A stretch of 64,000 nt of DNA from Octopus sinensis. Taxonomy: Eukaryota. The stretch is from the NCBI RefSeq assembly GCF_006345805.1, contig NC_043026.1:2170001-2234000 (forward strand). The letters are read 5' to 3'. A program made the translations under genes and the position numbers. The notes beneath the pieces were generated by a model. It was given only the letters and a program-made list of their open reading frames with translations, was not told where the DNA came from and did not search any database. Shown piece by piece: positions 26,521 to 38,882 of the stretch (positions are counted from its first letter, which is position 1; each line of letters starts with the position of its first letter).

Positions 26521-26717
26521 TACACAAGCGGGCAGCTATGTCGAACTCCCTCCTTCATCAAAAGCCAATCCACATAAGAATGGACTTTGAAAAGTTGATT
26601 ACACTGGCGGTGCCAAAGCATAGCTACAGCCCTTGGCCAGAAAGGCATAAACGAATAACTAGATGCTCATACAGAGAGAGAGGGGAGAGAGAGAGAGAGA
26701 TAGAGAGAGAGGGAGAT

Positions 26718-26748
<31 letters not shown>

Positions 26749-27389
26749 GAAAGAGAGAGAGAGAGAAATATTGCTTTCAAATTTTGGGAAAAGGCCAGCA
26801 ATTGGGAAAAGGTCAATTAAATTGACCCCAGTGCTCAACTGCTACTTATCATAACGACCCTGAAAAGATGCAAAGCAAAGTCGAACCCGACGACATTTGA
26901 ACACAGATCGTAAAGATGGACGAATTGCCGCTAAACAGAAACATCGTTATAGCAAATATTCCGCTCAATAGCACCGAATTGCTTGTCAGTTACTTGTCCA
27001 TAACCACTTGAGTATGTCCCTTAGTGACTGATACGGCCAGGAACTGATACGGCCTACCGGCGCCAAAATGCTCACGCTTGCGCAACAATTTGGTGTCACC
27101 TCTCACCCAAAGGATTTCGCCCACGCAGTATCCCGAAAGGATGAATGGCAAAGTCGACCTCGGTGGAATTCGAACTCAGAACGTAAAGACGCCTTAAACC
27201 GTTTGAATATTGGAAAAGAGTTCCCTGTATCATAATTTATTTGTGCTGGATGTCAAAGTGCCGATATCATGACAGATGCTCAATGTTCTGTGGACATTGT
27301 AAAGACTGTGTAACGTGACATGGACAGCTGCAACGGAGACTACGAAGCCGTATCCAGCAGGAAGGGACACAGCAGGAGTGTTTTTCTTG

Positions 27390-27585
27390 CAAACCATCCC
27401 ATATCTTTGAACAAGGCCTTAGGCTCAATTCAGACAGTTATGTGAAATTGTTGGAGACAGTTTCTGGAGACGTTTCCTACTGGAAGGCTATGTGTGGCAG
27501 CAGGATTCGGCTCCTTGCTATACTTTCGGAAAGAGTCAGAAGTGGTTGTCGAAGGATTTCTGCGACTTCACCAGCCCTAATTTCT
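27390..27585 (+). pseudogene. maT/DD37D-type mariner transposase fragment
   Basis: PSHIFEQGLRLNSDSYVKLLETV, then after a frameshift YVWQQDSAPCYTFGKSQKWLSKDFCDFTSPNF; truncated before the third catalytic residue. Confidence 0.75.
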
Positions 27586-27927
27586 ACTGTGAGCCACAGG
27601 TTGCTCATGACTGCTCTATATGATGGCTTCATCGGCTAGAAATAGCTGCCAAATCACCCTAAAATAACCCCTAATGTTTTATGCGTGTCTTTGTACTCTC
27701 ACTCACACACACAGACACACACACACACACATATATATATATATTGTGTTCGTGAGTGTGTGCATGTGTGTAGATGTGTTTGTATGAGGAAACTTCAACA
27801 TGCCAACTCGGCGTACTAGAAAACCAACCAAATACCTCCCTCAAATCACACCCTATTGTCTGTATGACGGGTTGGACGTGTCTAACGTCCACTAAACTGC
27901 GTAGAACTGAGTCAGTTAGTTAGTAAA

Positions 27928-27981
<54 letters not shown>

Positions 27982-28342
27982 GTTTCAGTCGTTTGACTGT
28001 GGCCATGCCGGGGCACCGCCTTAAAGGGTTTCAGTGCAACAAATCGACTTTGGGACTTATTTTCTTTCTTTTATGCCGAGTACTTATTCAATCGGTCTCT
28101 TTTGCCGAATCGCTAGGTTATGGGGGACGTAAACACACCAGCATCGGTTGTCAAGTGGTGAAGGGGGACAAAATACACAGACACACATACATACGTATGT
28201 ATGTATGTATGTATGTATGTATGTATGTATGTATATGTATATATATATATATATATATATACATTCAAAATGTGACCGCGTGTTTACTGTTGGCGATTTT
28301 TTTTCCTCTGTCTTCCCTTCTCTGGATCTTTCCTTCTCCTAT

Positions 28343-28377
28343 GTTTCCGACGAAGAGCTCCGCTCGAAACGTTAAAC
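28343..28377 (+). ncRNA. Minimal hammerhead motif (CCGACGA core) in a PLE-type terminus (28265-28480)
   Basis: gttt-CCGACGA-a-gagc tcc gctc-GAAAC-GTT-aaac; stem I gttt/aaac, stem II gagc/gctc, palindromic AACGTT stem III; flanked by (TA)n on both sides. Confidence 0.6.
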
Positions 28378-28476
28378 CCTCCTTCTCCCCTTCCTTCCTG
28401 AGCGTCCAATAATACTATATTTGTTCCACGTCCTCGCGTTGTTGTGTTTTCTCTTGGTGTTTTCATGTTTGGACTA

Positions 28477-28523
<47 letters not shown>

Positions 28524-29675
28524 TTTATTTAAAAGCAGCAGAAAATTCAACAAAAACTGTTACTCTGAGTTTCCGCCTACCAAATCCAAGGGCTATAGTA
28601 GAAGGCACTCGCCCAAGGTGCCATGCAGTGGGACTGAACCTGGAACCATGTGGTTGGGAAGCAAGCTTCTTACCACACAACCACGCCTGTGCGCAATGAG
28701 CAAACGAAGAAGATCCCTGCTCGATAACTAAATGTAGTAGAAGTAGCAGCTAAATCTCCCTCAAATCACACCTTATTATGTTAGTAAATAATGCGTAATT
28801 TAAAGCGGAGCCCAGGTTCTTTTGCATGTAGGGACCTACCTGTCTTTACAGGTTGGTCCCTACAGGACTGGCCGTGGGCTCAACAATAACAACTAAAGAC
28901 TAAAAATTAAGAACTATTTCTAGCGTTTTTTTTTTTTGCGGTTTAACCCCGGGTCAGTTCTGGTCCAGCAGACATGATCAGAGGCGTTCCAGTTATGACC
29001 ATCCTTCAATGTTATCTTTCAATTTTAAACGACAGGGTTGATTCGTGGGTCGAGAGACATTTGGCTGCTACGTTCAGCAGAATCGAGCGACCACGCAGGG
29101 CTTGTGCTCGTAGTTGCTTTAATTCCGGGTTCATTCTAATCAAACAGACTTTTGACCAAAGGTGTTCCAAACGTGACCATCCTGCCATTAAAAACAAATT
29201 TATTCAAGATTCATCCTTCAATTTTTTTAAGATGAGTCAGGTGTGGATTGAGGAAGTTTTCGTTGCTATTTTTAGCAGATCGGGTAATGACGTAGAGGTT
29301 GCCGTCGTTGTTGTTTAACACCAGGTTAGTTCTAATCAGACTTGAGATGAGAGGTGTTCCAACCACGACCATCATGCTAATTTTTTATTCTAAATCCATC
29401 ATGCTTCAATTATTAAGATGTGTCGGGTGTGGATTGAGGGTTATTTGGCTACTGTTTCTAGCAGGTCAAGCTAGGACGTAGTAGTCTTCCTCGACGGTTT
29501 GTGTTGTTATTGTTGTTGTAGTTTCCTGGCCATTGACTGACTGCAGAGACAAGGACGCATTCTGATTGGCTGTCAGTGTGTGATCACGTGCACATGTTTA
29601 CATCGCCAACATGTTGATGTCATGTTTTAAGCACAGCCATGAACTACTGAGGCTGTTGCTTGATGTTACTGTGAT

Positions 29676-30020
29676 CGGTGGTGGTATCGGTGGTGGTATC
29701 GGTGGTGGTTAATGGTGGTGACGGCGGAGGTATTGTTTTCGTGGATGGCGTCATAGTTGTAGTGGTGATGGTCTTTATGTCGGTGATGTGAGGATATTGG
29801 CAACGATGGTGGTGGTGGTGGTCTTGGTGGTGGTGGTGGTGGTGATGATGTGATGGTGGTGGTGGTGGTGGTGATGATGATGTGGTAGTAGCAGTGGTGG
29901 TGGTGGTTGTGGTGGTGGTTGTGGTGCTGGTGGTGGTGGTGGTGGTGGTAGTAGCAGTGGTGGTGGTGGTGGTTGTGGTGGTGGTTGTGGTGGCGGCGGT
30001 GGTGGTGGTGGTGGTGGTGG
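29676..30020 (+). repeat. (GGT)n-rich trinucleotide tract
   Basis: Direct reading; explains the poly-P/poly-V ORFs. Confidence 0.9.
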
Positions 30021-30100
30021 CTTTCGTGTTGCCATTGTTGCGGAAATTGAATTTATTTTATGTTTTATTAGAAAATCTGCGGCAGAGAAAAGGCGCGTTT

Positions 30101-31967
30101 GTGTGTGGCTACGTCTATGTGTGTGGCTACGTCTATGTGTGTGGCTACGTCTATGTGTGTGGCTACGTCTATGTGTGTGGCTACGTCAATGTGTGTGGCT
30201 ACGTCAATGTGTGTGGCTACGTCTATGTGTGTGGCTACGTCTATGTGTGTGGCTACGTCTATGTGTGTGGCTACGTCAATGTGTGTGGCTACGTCTATGT
30301 GTGTGGCTACGTCTATGTGTGTGGCTACGTCAATGTGTGTGGCTACGTCAATGTGTGTGGCTACGTCTATGTGTGTGGCTACGTCAATGTGTGTGGCTAC
30401 GTCAATGTGTGTGGCTACGTCAATGTGTGTGGCTACGTCTATGTGTGTGGCTACGTCTATGTGTGTGGCTACGTCTATGTGTGTGGCTACGTCAATGTGT
30501 GTGGCTACGTCAATGTGTGTGGCTACGTCTATGTGTGTGGCTACGTCTATGTGTGTGGCTACGTCAATGTGTGTGGCTACGTCTATGTGTGTGGCTACGT
30601 CTATGTGTGTGGCTACGTCTATGTGTGTGGCTACGTCAATGTGTGTGGCTACGTCTATGTGTGTGGCTACGTCTATGTGTGTGGCTACGTCTATGTGTGT
30701 GGCTACGTCAATGTGTGTGGCTACGTCTATGTGTGTGGCTACGTCTATGTGTGTGGCTACGTCTATGTGTGTGGCTACGTCTATGTGTGTGGCTACGTCA
30801 ATGTGTGTGGCTACGTCTATGTGTGTGGCTACGTCTATGTGTGTGCTACGTCTATGTGTGTGGCTACGTCTATGTGTGTGGCTACGTCAATGTGTGTGGC
30901 TACGTCAATGTGTGTGGCTACGTCTATGTGTGTGGCTACGTCAATGTGTGTGGCTACGTCTATGTGTGTGGCTACGTCAATGTGTGTGGCTACGTCAATG
31001 TGTGTGGCTACGTCTATGTGTGTGGCTACGTCTATGTGTGTGGCTACGTCAATGTGTGGCTACGTCAATGTGTGTGGCTACGTCAATGTGTGTGGCTACG
31101 TCAATGTGTGTGCTACGTCTATGTGTGTGGCTACGTCTATGTGTGTGGCTACGTCAATGTGTGTGGCTACGTCTATGTGTGTGGCTACGTCTATGTGTGT
31201 GGCTACGTCTATGTGTGTGGCTACGTCTATGTGTGTAGCTACGTCTATGTGTGTGGCTACGTCTATGTGTGTGGCTACGTCTATGTGTGTGGCTACGTCT
31301 ATGTGTGTGGCTACGTCTATGTGTGTGGCTACGTCAATGTGTGTGGCTACGTCTATGTGGTGGCTACGTCTATGTGTGTGGCTACGTCTATGTGTGTGGC
31401 TACGTCAATGTGTGTGGCTACGTCTATGTGTGTGGCTACGTCTATGTGTGTGGCTACGTCTATGTGTGTGGCTACGTCTATGTGTGTGGCTACGTCTATG
31501 TGTGTAGCTACGTCTATGTGTGTGGCTACGTCTATGTGTGTGGCTACGTCTATGTGTGTGGCTACGTCTATGTGTGTGGCTACGTCTATGTGTGTGGCTA
31601 CGTCAATGTGTGTGGCTACGTCTATGTGTGTGGCTACGTCTATGTGTGTGGCTACGTCTATGTGTGTGGCTACGTCAATGTGTGTGGCTACGTCAATGTG
31701 TGTGGCTACGTCTATGTGTGTGGCTACGTCTATGTGTGTGGCTACGTCTATGTGTGTGGCTACGTCAATGTGTGTGGCTACGTCTATGTGTGTGGCTACG
31801 TCTATGTGTGTGGCTACGTCTATGTGTGTGGCTACGTCTATGTGTGTGGCTACGTCAATGTGTGTGGCTACGTCTATGTGTGTGGCTACGTCAATGTGTG
31901 TGGCTACGTCTATGTGTGTGGCTACGTCTATGTGTGTGGCTACGTCAATGTGTGTGGCTACGTCTAT
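30101..31967 (+). repeat. 18-bp minisatellite GTGTGTGGCTACGTC(T/A)AT, ~104 units
   Basis: Direct reading; two interspersed variants and a few indel or substitution units. Confidence 0.98.
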
Positions 31968-32069
31968 GTATGTGTGTGTGTGTGTGTGTCAGTGTGTGTG
32001 CATGCGAAAGAGTATATGTGTCTGTGCATGTGTGTGTATCTATGTCTATATGCGCGTGCGCATGTATGA

Positions 32070-32099
32070 GAGAGAGAGAGAAAGAAAGGAAGGAAGGAA

Positions 32100-32137
<38 letters not shown>

Positions 32138-32350
32138 AGAAAGGAAGGAAGAAAGAAAGGAAGAAAGAAAGAAAGAGAGAGAAAGAAAGAAAGAAAGAAA
32201 GAAGGAAGGAAGAAAGAGAGAGAGAGAAAGAAAGACAAAAGGAAAGAAAGAAAGAAAAAGAGATAGAAAGAAAGAAAGAAAGACAGAAAAAAAGAAAGAA
32301 AGAAAGAAGGAAAGGAAGGAAGAAAGAGAGACAGAGAAAGAAAGAGAAAG
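32070..32350 (+). repeat. (GAAA)/(GGAA)/(GA) purine tract
   Basis: Direct reading. Confidence 0.9.
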
Positions 32351-32807
32351 AATATTTGTACTTTCGGGTTTGTATGAAGCAAGTTTCGCATCGATGGAGA
32401 ACAGATAGAAAAAGGGTCTTCGAAATAAAGGAAAGGAATTGGAAAAGGGACAGACACACAGACAAGATTCAAATGATTTCAATCCTTTTAAAACTTGTCT
32501 CATTTGTCTCGGCGAACAAAGCAAAATAATTTGGGGCTCTGACACTCAACCGTGATTTTTATCTTCTCGTTAGTAAAATTTTCACTAATATTTGGAGAAG
32601 AGGGGCCGCCGGGGCTGTCTTTGCAGCATTTGTAGAACCCTGAGCAATTAATGACACACCACACACACACGCACTCATCACCGATCAGGGAGGGGCCCAG
32701 TTATGGTTTTTAACAGGGAGTCCGTTACTATTTAGAAAACAATATCAACTTAAGCAAAGCTTAATTCTATAAGTGACAGATATAATTTGTGCGTTTGTAG
32801 ATGTATC

Positions 32808-33208
32808 TACTCTTTTACTTGTTTCAGTCATTTGACTGCGGCCATGCTGGAGCACCGCCTTTAGTCGAGCGAATCGACCCCGGGACTTATTCTTTGTAAA
32901 CCCAGTACTTATTCTATCGGTCTCTTTTTGCCGAACCGCTAAGTGACGGGGACGTAAACACACCAGCATCGGTTGTCAAGCAATGCTAGGAAGACAAACA
33001 CAGACACACACATACATATATACATATATATACATATATATACATATATACGACAGGCTTCTTTCAGTTTCCGTCTACCAAATCCACTCACAAGGCATTA
33101 GTCGGCCCGGGGCTATAGCAGAAGACACTTGCCCAAGATGCCATGCAGTGGGACTGAACCCGGAACCATGTGGTTGGTTAGCAAGCTACTTACCACACAG
33201 CCACTCCT
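32808..33208 (-). mobile_element. SINE family A, full length
   Basis: Reverse complement of the copy at 23895, with few differences. Confidence 0.9.
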
Positions 33209-34384
33209 GCGTCTATTTGTGTATCTGTGTAAAGAATTTTCAAACCTCAATACCCGTAGATTAGAAGTGGGCTCCGAGACCTGTGAAATCCCCGGACAAC
33301 TGCCCCGTGTGTCCATGCCCTAAGACAGCATTTAGGGCCGTGATGCTAAACCATTTTTTATCTATGGACCCCTTTGATTCCCATTGTAATCAGGCGGACC
33401 TTCATACCTATCCAATGTTAAAAAAATCGTATCATATTTTTACAATCGAATATTATTTGGAGATGCATTCCTATAAAAAAAATTGTTTCACTATTTTGTG
33501 AATAACCAATTTCTTGTAAATAATACTTAACAAGAAAATCTCATAGAAGCCCCCAGAAACCATATGGTTCCGCTTGTTTAGGGGCTCGGATTTGACATTT
33601 TGAGAACCACCGCGTTAGGGTTCGTAAGGATGAGGTTGAAAAGTATTGGGGCAGGGTTAGATATGATAAGCAGAACCTTACGAGAACGGCATTCCTTTGA
33701 TTTCAATCGCTCCCTACTCTAACCATTTCGATCACAGGTGTAAAAGTGGGTATGCGTCTGTTTTGTGTGTGTGTGCGCGCGCGCGTGTGTGTGTATGTGT
33801 GTGTGCGTGTGTGTGTGCAGGATCCATTAGCTGCATTATAGACCCCCGGGCAAATCGATGTACCAATAATAGTTATTTATTGACAGCAAGCCACGTCATA
33901 CATAAAATCAGAATTGGGCCCCTGGACCCGTAAACCACCGGGCAACAGCCTAGTGTACCTTTGCATCATGATGGAACTATGTGTGAGTGTGTGTATGGGG
34001 GGGGGTTCGTTTGGGTGCACCAGGTTTTGTTTATGTATAAAAGAGAGGGGGAGAGGGGGAGAGAGAAATAACAAAGTGTCTATGTACGAATCCGTTTCTA
34101 TGTAATAATTTGTGCGTTTGTGCGCGCGCGCGAGTTTGGAAGAGAGAAAGAGTGAGAGAGACAGAGAGAGACAGAGAGAAAGAGAAAGAAAGAGAAAGAA
34201 AGAAAGAAAGGAAGAAAGTGACAGCGACTGCCAGACAGACAGACAGACAGCACGCGTGCATGGCCAGCGTTTGTATGCACCGAGTTATGATAGATGATAC
34301 ATATTTGTGTAGCAACTGCGTGTATACGACTGATAGATAGATAGATGGATGGGCGGAGGGAGGATGTGACAGCGCATTTATGTA

Positions 34385-34422
<38 letters not shown>

Positions 34423-35408
34423 AGTATGGTTATATAATTTAGTTGACCAATGAAAGGCGTTTGTGCGTCCGCACCTGTATATTTATTTGATTCGTGTCTG
34501 CCAGTCAGAGTTTTTGCGTGCGTCTATGTATTATTGGCAGACACATTGCTGTTAATATATAAACAAATGCACATCTCCCTCCATACAGGTTCTCTTCCAG
34601 ACATTTAATCTTCTCTGAACCCACACTAACACACACACACACACACACACTCATCACCGATTGGTCGGGGGGGGGAGGGGGCAGCTATGGTATTTACCAA
34701 GGACATAGTTTCTCTGTGTGTTTGTATGTGTAACGTTGTGGTTCTCAACTGGAATCCGTAAAAGATTTAGTTGCTAAAATGTATAGACATAATCAAAATG
34801 TTGGATTTGTAACCACAATGTCGCTGGTTCGATCACACAGCGTGGCGTGTTGAGTGAAGGTTATTTTTATAATCACAGGCGTGGCCGTGCCGTAAGAAGC
34901 TTGCTTCCCATCCACATGGTTCCGGGTTCAGTCCCGTTGCGTGGCACCTTGGGCAAGTGTCTTCTTCTTTAACTTCAAGCTGACCAAAGGCTTGTGAGTG
35001 GATTTTGGTAGACTAAACCTGAAAGAAACCTTCATATGTGTATACACACACACACGTGTATACGTATATCTCTTTCACAATTTTTTTATGATAGAGTTAT
35101 CCGACACAGGCTCACTGTAGTTTCCTTGTAATATTCTTTTGTTCATACCTTTTTTTAATGTTTTCCTTCATCTTTTACACTGAGGAGAATGGTAATCCGT
35201 AATTAAATTAATTTAATTAATCTTATAATTAATTTAATTTTTCCATGTTTCTTACATGTAGGTATTACCTTCCGAAACGATCGTATGCATGGATTAAAAC
35301 TTTATAAGAAACTTTTAACATCTCTTTTCCATTGTTTAACCGTAAGTTGCGTTTATATAGGATTATATCCTATTAATGCTCATAACACACACTTTTGACA
35401 TTATATAT

Positions 35409-35469
<61 letters not shown>

Positions 35470-35649
35470 GGCGTGGCTGTGTCATTAGGCGCAGGTATAG
35501 CTGTGTGGTAAGAAGTCCTGGGGCCAATTTGTTCCACCAAAGGCAGTGCTTCAGCATGGCCACAGTCAAATAACTGAAACAAGTAAAAGAGTTATATAAA
35601 CATATGTATATATGTACATATGTATGTATGTATGTATGTATATATGTAC

Positions 35650-35680
<31 letters not shown>

Positions 35681-35711
35681 TGTATGTATGTATGTATACA
35701 AATATATACAG

Positions 35712-36415
35712 TACCTGCTTCCTGGTATTTGAGCAAAGCCACTGCTTCAGAGAATCATTGAAATGAGTCATGGACGATGCAATGTGAGGCCCTCGTATGA
35801 CTCTTGACCCCCTGGCCAAAGACTTGCACATTCTATTGCATAATGCACAGCTGTGCTGTCTGGCAGAGGAAACAGGTGCTTCAGTATGAAGTCTTTTGAC
35901 ATGCCTCTTCAATCCTCCAACTGAAAGGCACACCTTTCCGCAGGTAACACATGTTCTGATGTGAACAATAACTGTATCACAATTTTCAAGGGATTGATTC
36001 CTCTGAGTCCCCTGAATGCTGACCTGGCCTTCATGACTCAGACATTTCCTTCTACAAACCACAAACATAAAAAACAACACTCCCTCATTTGCCACAGGTT
36101 CATTCTTTCTAAACCTTCTCCTGATCTTCTCACGCTTCATTCTTTCTCTTTCGAACCTCGAACAACCCCTCTGCACTCTTTTCCTCCCTCCATTTTGGTC
36201 TGGTGCCAACCAACAACTGAAACTCAGAACAATTCTGAGGCAGTCCCTGAACCTCATTTTGGGTTCATGCGCTGGCCCCCAACCATCTTCCAGCTCATCA
36301 TTCAAAAAGTTGCTTAGGAAGTCTTCATCATTCATTCTCACCAGATGACCACCCCACCTGAAATGACTTTGAAAGCCACTTCTCTTAACTACCTCAGCAT
36401 CACTGATCGTCATTT
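35712..36415 (-). mobile_element. RTE LINE 3' fragment with C-terminal C2H2-type knuckles
   Basis: FRWGGHLVRMNDE...EPKMRFRDCLR...CVTCGKVCLSVGGLKRHVKRLH...CALCNRMCKS. Confidence 0.85.
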
Positions 36416-38065
36416 TCCATTCTATCCCAAGAATTTTCCTACGACAATATTGATGCTATCGTTTCAAATGCCTCTATTAACAACAATGTCAGGTTGCTCA
36501 CAAACACTCCTTGTAACATTTAACCCGGTACAACCTGTTACGTGGTCGGGTTGTCAGCAACTGGCAACCCTACCAAGCTTGCTTGGTGAGGAGGGTGATT
36601 GATGGACCCCCTATGAAACAAAAAATAAGACCCTTAAAAAGGCAGAGGAAATAATGAATAAATAATAAGTACCGGACTTAAACAAAAAGTATTGAAGTTG
36701 ATTCCTTTTGACTAAAAATTCAAGGTGGTGCCCCAGCATGGCCACAGTATAACAACTGAAACAAGTAAAAGATAAAAGATAAAAAAATTGCTTATACTTT
36801 TCCAATACACAAATTATTTTTATACAATTCCTTATAATATTTAATTATAAAAATATAATTGGCATGGCTGTGTGGTAAGTAGCTTGCTTCTCAACCACAT
36901 GGTTCCAGGTTCAGTTCCACTGCATGGCACCTTGGACAAGTGTCTTCTACTATAACCACGGGCCAATATTGGTGTGTTCACATCCCAGTAACCTAGCAGT
37001 TTGGCAAAAGAGACTGATAGAATAAATTCTAGGCTTACAAAGAATAAGTCCTGGGGTTGATTTCTTCAACTAAAAAACCCTTTAAGGCAGTGCTCCAGCA
37101 TGGCTGAAACAAATAAAACAATGGGATTTTATTATACATACATTGAATGGCTTTGGGGGTCCAGTGGAGTAAAACAGAAATTAAAGGGCTTCATAAGTAA
37201 AGAAAGGGTTGAGAAGCATTGACATAACAAGTTGTCTGAAAGCCATCTTAGCTGTATAATAGCCAGCATCCCTCACAAGGGGAAAGCAATGCAGTTGGGC
37301 CCCTACTTATATTGAGAGCAAGCCACAAGCTTCACAGATGAGTCATGTTCATCCATCGAAGTGATGAGGGCCAATAAGTCATCGACTAATGGTTTGCACG
37401 AGTGAAGAAGAATTGCACACTTTCAACCTCACTTTCATCTTTGTGACCATCTCTGATCTAGTGGCAGCAAGGGCAGGTCAGGACAACAGAGGATGGAGGC
37501 AGACACTGTGGGGGGGACAAAGATGTCTTGCTTGCCTCATCTTGCCTTCTGTACTCCATAATGTGTTGCTGCAACCACTTTCCTCTTCTTTGAACTATGC
37601 ATGTTCAATGAAGGGCTCCGTGCATACCTCTAAGGGGATGCACTGGACAGCACTTTCCCCATCACTATTCAGGGGTGCACCGTCGGATTTAGAAAATACA
37701 GTTTACAAAAATCCTCCCACAATACAAATTAGTGCCCACCCAGAATATTCTGAAGTACCCCACTCTGCAGAGTGCCAAAGTCTGGTGAAGGGCCTGCAGG
37801 GCTGCTGGATCCAGTTTTTGCATGCATAGGTAGGAAAACCCTAATATGCTAATTAACCCATAGCTGGGACCAAGACAGTTGCTACTACTCCAGGTCAGAG
37901 TAGATTTTGGAACAATAGGGGCTAAAAGATGGTTCTACACTCTTCAAAACCCTGGAATTCTCTAACAAGGGCCTCACTACCAGATACAGTTTAAAATTAT
38001 ACCCAATATATATTATTTACATTATTTACATTCGACGGATATTTGTCCTCATCTTGTTTGTTGTT

Positions 38066-38111
38066 GACACAACGTTTCGGCTGGTATACCCTCCAGCCTT
38101 CTTCAGGTGTC
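38066..38111 (-). ncRNA. Intact minimal hammerhead ribozyme motif
   Basis: gacac-CTGAAGA-a-ggctgg agggtata ccagcc-GAAAC-GTT-gtgtc; 5-bp stem I, 6-bp stem II, palindromic stem III, GUU site. Confidence 0.8.
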
Positions 38112-38179
38112 TTGGGGAAATTTTGAACCTGGGTTCCCATTCCTAAGGTATTTTTTGATGTTGTTGTTGTTGTTGTTCA

Positions 38180-38251
38180 GGTCACTGCTTGGAATCAAAC
38201 TTGGCATCTTGGGGTCAGTAGCCTGCGCTCTTAACCACTACGCCATATGCC
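38180..38251 (-). other. tRNA-like Pol III module inside the PLE terminus (left copy)
   Basis: Box A TGGCGTAGTGG and box B-like GTTTGATTCC with tRNA-like spacing; not a complete cloverleaf. Confidence 0.65.
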
Positions 38252-38593
38252 CTTGGGCAATTATGGAGGGAATTTTAGGGCTATATAAATCTAATATTCT
38301 CCTATCCTTCCTTAATACCGGTTCCTATATGCTACTCATATCTGCACTTGGTCTGCTTAGGAGGTTGTTGTGTCCTAACATATGTGCTGCTTCTTTTAGT
38401 TTTCGTATTTTCCTGTGGTATTCTCTGCCTTATTTTAACTTCATCCCAAAGGGAAGTAGCCCATATGCAAGGACACAACAACCTCCTAAGCAGACCGAGT
38501 GCAGATATGAGCAGCATATGGGAAACTGTATTAAGGAAGGATAGGAAAATATTAGATTTATAAGCTCTAAAATTCACTCCATAATTGCCCATC

Positions 38594-38665
38594 GGCATAT
38601 GGTGTAGTAGTTAAGAGTGCGGGCTACTAACCCCAAGATTCTGAGTTTGATTCCAAGCAGTGACC
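38594..38665 (+). other. tRNA-like Pol III module inside the PLE terminus (right copy; Ser-like loop CT-ACT-AA)
   Basis: ggcatatggtgtagtagttaagagtgcgggctactaaccccaagattctgagtttgattccaagcagtgacc. Confidence 0.65.
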
Positions 38666-38721
38666 TGAACAATAACAATAATAATAATATTAATAATAAT
38701 ATTAATATTAATAATAATAAT

Positions 38722-38756
<35 letters not shown>

Positions 38757-38836
38757 TGATGATGATAATGATAATACTAATAATAACATTAAAAAAATAC
38801 CTTAGGAATGGGAACCCAGGTTCAAAATTTCCCCAA

Positions 38837-38882
38837 GACACCTGATGAAGGCTGGAGGGTATACCAGCCAAAACATTGTGTC
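38837..38882 (+). ncRNA. Hammerhead motif, mutated copy
   Basis: gacac-CTGATGA-a-ggctgg..ccagcc-AAAAC-ATT-gtgtc; two G>A changes at CpG positions disrupt GAAA and the cleavage triplet. Confidence 0.65.

Noticed and set aside
30101-31967. CRISPR-like array
   Set aside because: Head-to-tail repeats with no unique spacers, no cas genes, and a eukaryotic context.
29882-32529. 541-, 379- and 808-aa Cys-rich ORFs (CGYVYV/VWLRLC/VATSMC) as a structural protein gene
   Set aside because: All three frames are open because the 18-bp unit has no stop; indel units switch frames freely; the ends run into GGT and GAAA microsatellites; no signal peptide or splice context.
37389-37829. 146-aa ORF as a host exon
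   Set aside because: No recognisable motif or clear splice signals; the minus strand resembles a decayed LINE 5' region, but too weakly to call.
38594-38665. Functional tRNA-Ser gene
   Set aside because: Poor acceptor stem, no long variable arm, atypical ACT anticodon, no T-run terminator, and embedded in a duplicated element.
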